DNA from: Macrostomum lignano
Lineage: Eukaryota
Direction of reading: 5' to 3'
DNA length: 24,306 bases
Assembly: GCA_002269645.1 (NCBI GenBank)
Contig: NIVC01000780.1
Location: 1-24,306 of the forward strand
Shown: piece after piece, positions 20,911 to 24,306 of the stretch
How positions within the stretch are numbered: position 1 is the stretch's first letter
Layout of the letters: each line of letters opens with the position of its first letter
Notes under the pieces: generated by a model
The model's database searches: none
What the model was told of the DNA's origin: nothing
What the model saw: the letters and a program-made list of their open reading frames with translations, nothing else
Made by a program: the position numbers and the translations under genes

Positions 20911-23039
20911 GGACTTGTTGGAAACTATCTTTAATCTTACACTCTCATACCGTTATACGCGTTCAAAAGCGTTATGGCCTTTGCACAGTAAAATATGGCA
21001 AAATTTTAAACAATAAATGCGTTCTTAGAAAGTGTAAAAATTTTCAAGCAGTATTGCAATTGGCGTCAAAGCCATAAAAACATGATGTTAAAAGAGTCAC
21101 TGACAGCATAGGCAGTTCTGACAGTGACAGAGTATGGCACAATTATCCTGTGATGAGTTAACGAATTACTACACATTCAACTTTGAAAGAACATTATATA
21201 AAAGTCAAATTTAATTTAAATAAAGATTCAGGTTAGGCCTACGGCTTACGCGTTAGTGTTTTCTATGCCTGAACGCAGCAGAACTGGATAATTCAAAGCA
21301 AATTTAAATCACTGAAAAAGTGCTATAACTTAAGGCCTAGCATATAAAATATCATTGGCTATTCAATTGCCTATTGCTATTAGGCTACTTTGTTAGGATC
21401 TATTGAATCTCTCTCGAAAATAGATCCATGCCAAAAATTGCTGGTGTAAATTTGGATTAGCGGGTTGCAAGTTTGTTTATAGTTGGCATACTATTTCTAC
21501 TCCATATTGGGCATAAGAAGTCATTTAAAAAACTTAGGGCTTGGCATAAACTTTTAATCTATGGTTTGTTCATTCTATTTCAGATGACAGTGCAGTGACT
21601 TGTTTAGGGCCTATTGTATGATCTCCACTGCATTGGGGTAGATACCAAGCTAGGATTTAGATTGTGTAGTAGTGCATGCTAGAATGCAAATCCTATTTTA
21701 GCTATACTAATGCATACCAATGGCAATTGGCAATATATAAATATATGCCAAAAATGAAAAGGTAAAAAAATCTCTAAATTTTCTAACCATAAAAAACTGC
21801 AAGGGGCAAGCAATTGGGATTAATGTCCCTAATTTTGCTAGGGCCTAGGATTCAAATGTTTTGGACTTTAGGATTTGTCCTATCCTATCACTAATTAGAA
21901 ATAGATTTGGAGGTATAAATAAATAAGGACAAATTTTAATCATAAATCGCAAGAATAGAGGCATCATAACATAACATGCACTAGAATAAAGGCACTATTA
22001 TACTAAGCATTGTAAGCAAACTGAGGGTAATAAGGACTTTTTTATGATGACTTGAGCTTAAGCTTAATAGTATAAATTTAGCTAGGCAACTTTTATGCTT
22101 ATGTTTTTTGGCACTTATATCTTTTTCCTATTTTAGTATAATAGGCTTTGTTTTTAGTAGGCAAAGTTTCCTAATTTCAAAACTATTATTTTGATCAGCT
22201 TTAGGGCTGGTACTTGCTTTTGCATTAATTATTTCAAGTAGTAAATAGCAACTTTGAAATAGCCCTAAATTGGAGACCTAATAGACTTAACCATTTAGCC
22301 AATCTAGCCACAATCTTTACAATGGGATCCATAAGACAAAAACATAAAATATAAGATGAAAATATGTGAAAAAAACACTCTCTTCTAGAAAATTTAAGAG
22401 AAAAAAGAAACAACATAGTTAATTAAAAAATAATAATAAGAGAGAGTATTAGATACTTAAAGCCGAAAAAAATAGAAGATTTAAATTGCATGCAAAACAG
22501 ATCTGACACAGATATAGGTATGCCATACTGGCCTAGTAAACTTTAAGTTAGGCATTAGGGTAGATAATTTAGCTAAGGCTTGAATTTAAATATAGGTAGC
22601 AATTGTTGAAAGGGCACAAGGCTCACTCAAAAATCATATTAGTTTATATTCTACCCTATTGAGTTTGCATAATTTAATGGGTCTATAAACTTTGCCAGCA
22701 AGAAAGTTGCCAGTTAAGAAAATTTCCAGTAGGAAAGATTCTAGCTTAGAATTTCAACAGCTTATCACAATTATAAATCAACAAGCTGTTGAAACCCGCG
22801 GATTTTGAACCGGGGAACTCCATTCCCCGGAATTATTTTTGCATGTATTCTGAAATCCGAGGTCAAACTCAAACAAAAACTTGTTAATAGTTAGGATGGA
22901 GTTAAACATAAAATAGAGTGTACATTCGTGTAAAATTAGCATTTGAAGCAAGCATTGATATTGTTGGCTGGGTACTGCACAGAATGTCAGGCAAACTCTG
23001 GCCTCTGCCTCCGCCTCTACCTATGTCCCTTGCATCCTT

Positions 23040-24306
23040 TGAAACTTCCATCTTCTTTTCTGTTTCCTATCTTCTCTCTCGGCTCTTCTCTCTCTCTCCT
23101 CTTATCTCTTCTTTTTTCTCTCCTCTGTCCTCTTTCCTCTCTCCCCTTTTCTCTCTATTCTTTTTTTCTCCTCTCCTCTCTTCTCTCTGGTCTCTCATAT
23201 CTTCTTTCTCCTCTTTTATCTCTTCTCATTTCTCTCTGCTCTCTACTCTCTCTTCCCTCTCCCCTCTTCTCACTCCTTACTCTACCCTCTCTCAACACTT
23301 CCCTCGTCTCTACTCTCTCCTTTTCTCTCTTCTCTCAACTCTCATTTTTCCTCTCTTCTCTCAACTCTCTCCTCTCCTCTGTCCGCTCTCTGCTCTCATC
23401 TCTTCTATCGTCTCTTCCCTCACCTCCCTTCTCTCTCGTCTTTGCTCTCTTATCTCTCATATCTCTTCTTTTATCTTCTCTCTCTCTCTTATCTTTTCTC
23501 ATTTCTATCTTCTCTCTCTCCCCCTCTCTCTCTCCTCTCATCTCTCTGCTCTCTCCTGTCCTATCTCTCTTCTCTCTAATCTCTTCCCTCTTTCCTCTCC
23601 TCTCTCGTCCTTTTCACCAGTTTCACTGTCCTCTAGATTCTCTCCATTCCCCTCCTCTCTCTTCGCTCACTTCTCATCTCTCCCCTGCATACATGCGCAA
23701 CAGTCGGCCGAGTCGGCCGATCCGGCCGACCGATTTGGCGGCCAATCAAGGAAGTCGCAAAAATGCCCACCCAAAAAATAACCCGAGTAGTAGTACTAAG
23801 TAGCTGACGAGGCATTTTAGCAGTAGTATAAAAAGCTGACGTCTACGTCGCATTTTTGTTAAAAACTAAGTCGCACGGCTGACCGAATTTTGGAGGTTGC
23901 ACATGTATGCTCCCTGTCTCACCTCTCATCTATTATTTCATATCTCTCCTCTTTTCTTTCTACTCTCCCATCTCTCGTCTGTTCACTCTCGTTTCTGCTC
24001 TCTCATCTCCCCTCTCTCATCTCTCATCTTTACTCTCATATGTTCCCTCACCTCTCTCTTGTACTCATCTCTTTCCCCTTTTTTGACTCAGGACTCTCTT
24101 TCCTTTCTTATTTCTTCTCGTCTCTTCTCTTCTCTCTTCTATACTCTCCCTCTCTTGTCTTCTCTCTTCTCTCTCCACTCTCCTCTCTTCTCTCTTATAT
24201 CGTCTGTTCACTCTCATCTTTGCTCCTCATTCCCCTCTCTCTTCTGTCATCTCTACTCTCCTCTCTACTGTGTACTCTTCTCTTCCCTCTTCTGACTCCT
24301 CTCTTT
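23040..24306. repeat. Degenerate CT-rich polypyrimidine tract, interrupted by a MITE and running off the window end
   Basis: Read directly: almost no G on the + strand at 23040-23687 and 23910-24306, and no fixed period. Confidence 0.95.
23688..23909. mobile_element. MITE, about 222 bp, inserted in the CT tract
   Basis: TIRs CATACATGCGCAAC / GTTGCACATGTATG (13/14; the mismatch is a CpG->CpA change). Flanks CTCCCCTG and CTCCCTG(T) look like a 7-8 bp TSD. A related end occurs at 2729-2791. Confidence 0.8.

Noticed and set aside
22741-22830. Helitron 3' end (hairpin plus CTAG)
   Set aside because: The only nearby CTAG follows an AT-rich hairpin and is not followed by T; the GC-rich hairpin has no CTRR at the expected distance.
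22918-24295. Hydrophobic Ser/Leu-rich ORFs that look like membrane proteins
   Set aside because: An artefact of the CT-rich tract, which cannot encode stops on the + strand; no family motif.

Overview
This is eukaryotic (animal) genomic DNA with spliceosomal introns. The style (GC-rich exons, minisatellite-filled introns, a USP gene) resembles a free-living flatworm such as Macrostomum; that is an inference, not an identification. Four + strand genes can be assembled by hand. (1) The last two coding exons of a Nup88-like nucleoporin (4059-4470, 5153-5575). (2) A UPF0488/C8orf33-like gene (main exon 7686-8316) with no ATG of its own. (3) A five-exon, 575-aa DEG/ENaC channel subunit (9228-15505). 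(4) A two-exon, 206-aa universal stress protein (18862-19912). Introns and flanks hold seven larger tandem arrays (4, 15, 15, 15, 21, 22 and 29 bp units) plus two short ones, an intact 880-bp hAT-type element with an 8-bp TSD, several MITEs, decayed transposase/RT remnants and a long CT-rich tract. Most long ORFs in the supplied track are repeat artefacts. The most unusual signals are: (a) old repeats almost stripped of CpG, with CG/TG->TA changes suggesting RIP-like (CpA) hypermutation, while neighbouring exons keep their CpGs; (b) a 29-bp minisatellite built of GT...AG splice-signal units, whose diverged members could supply the missing start-codon exon of the C8orf33-like gene; (c) strong enrichment of GGCCTA confined to the decayed zones.
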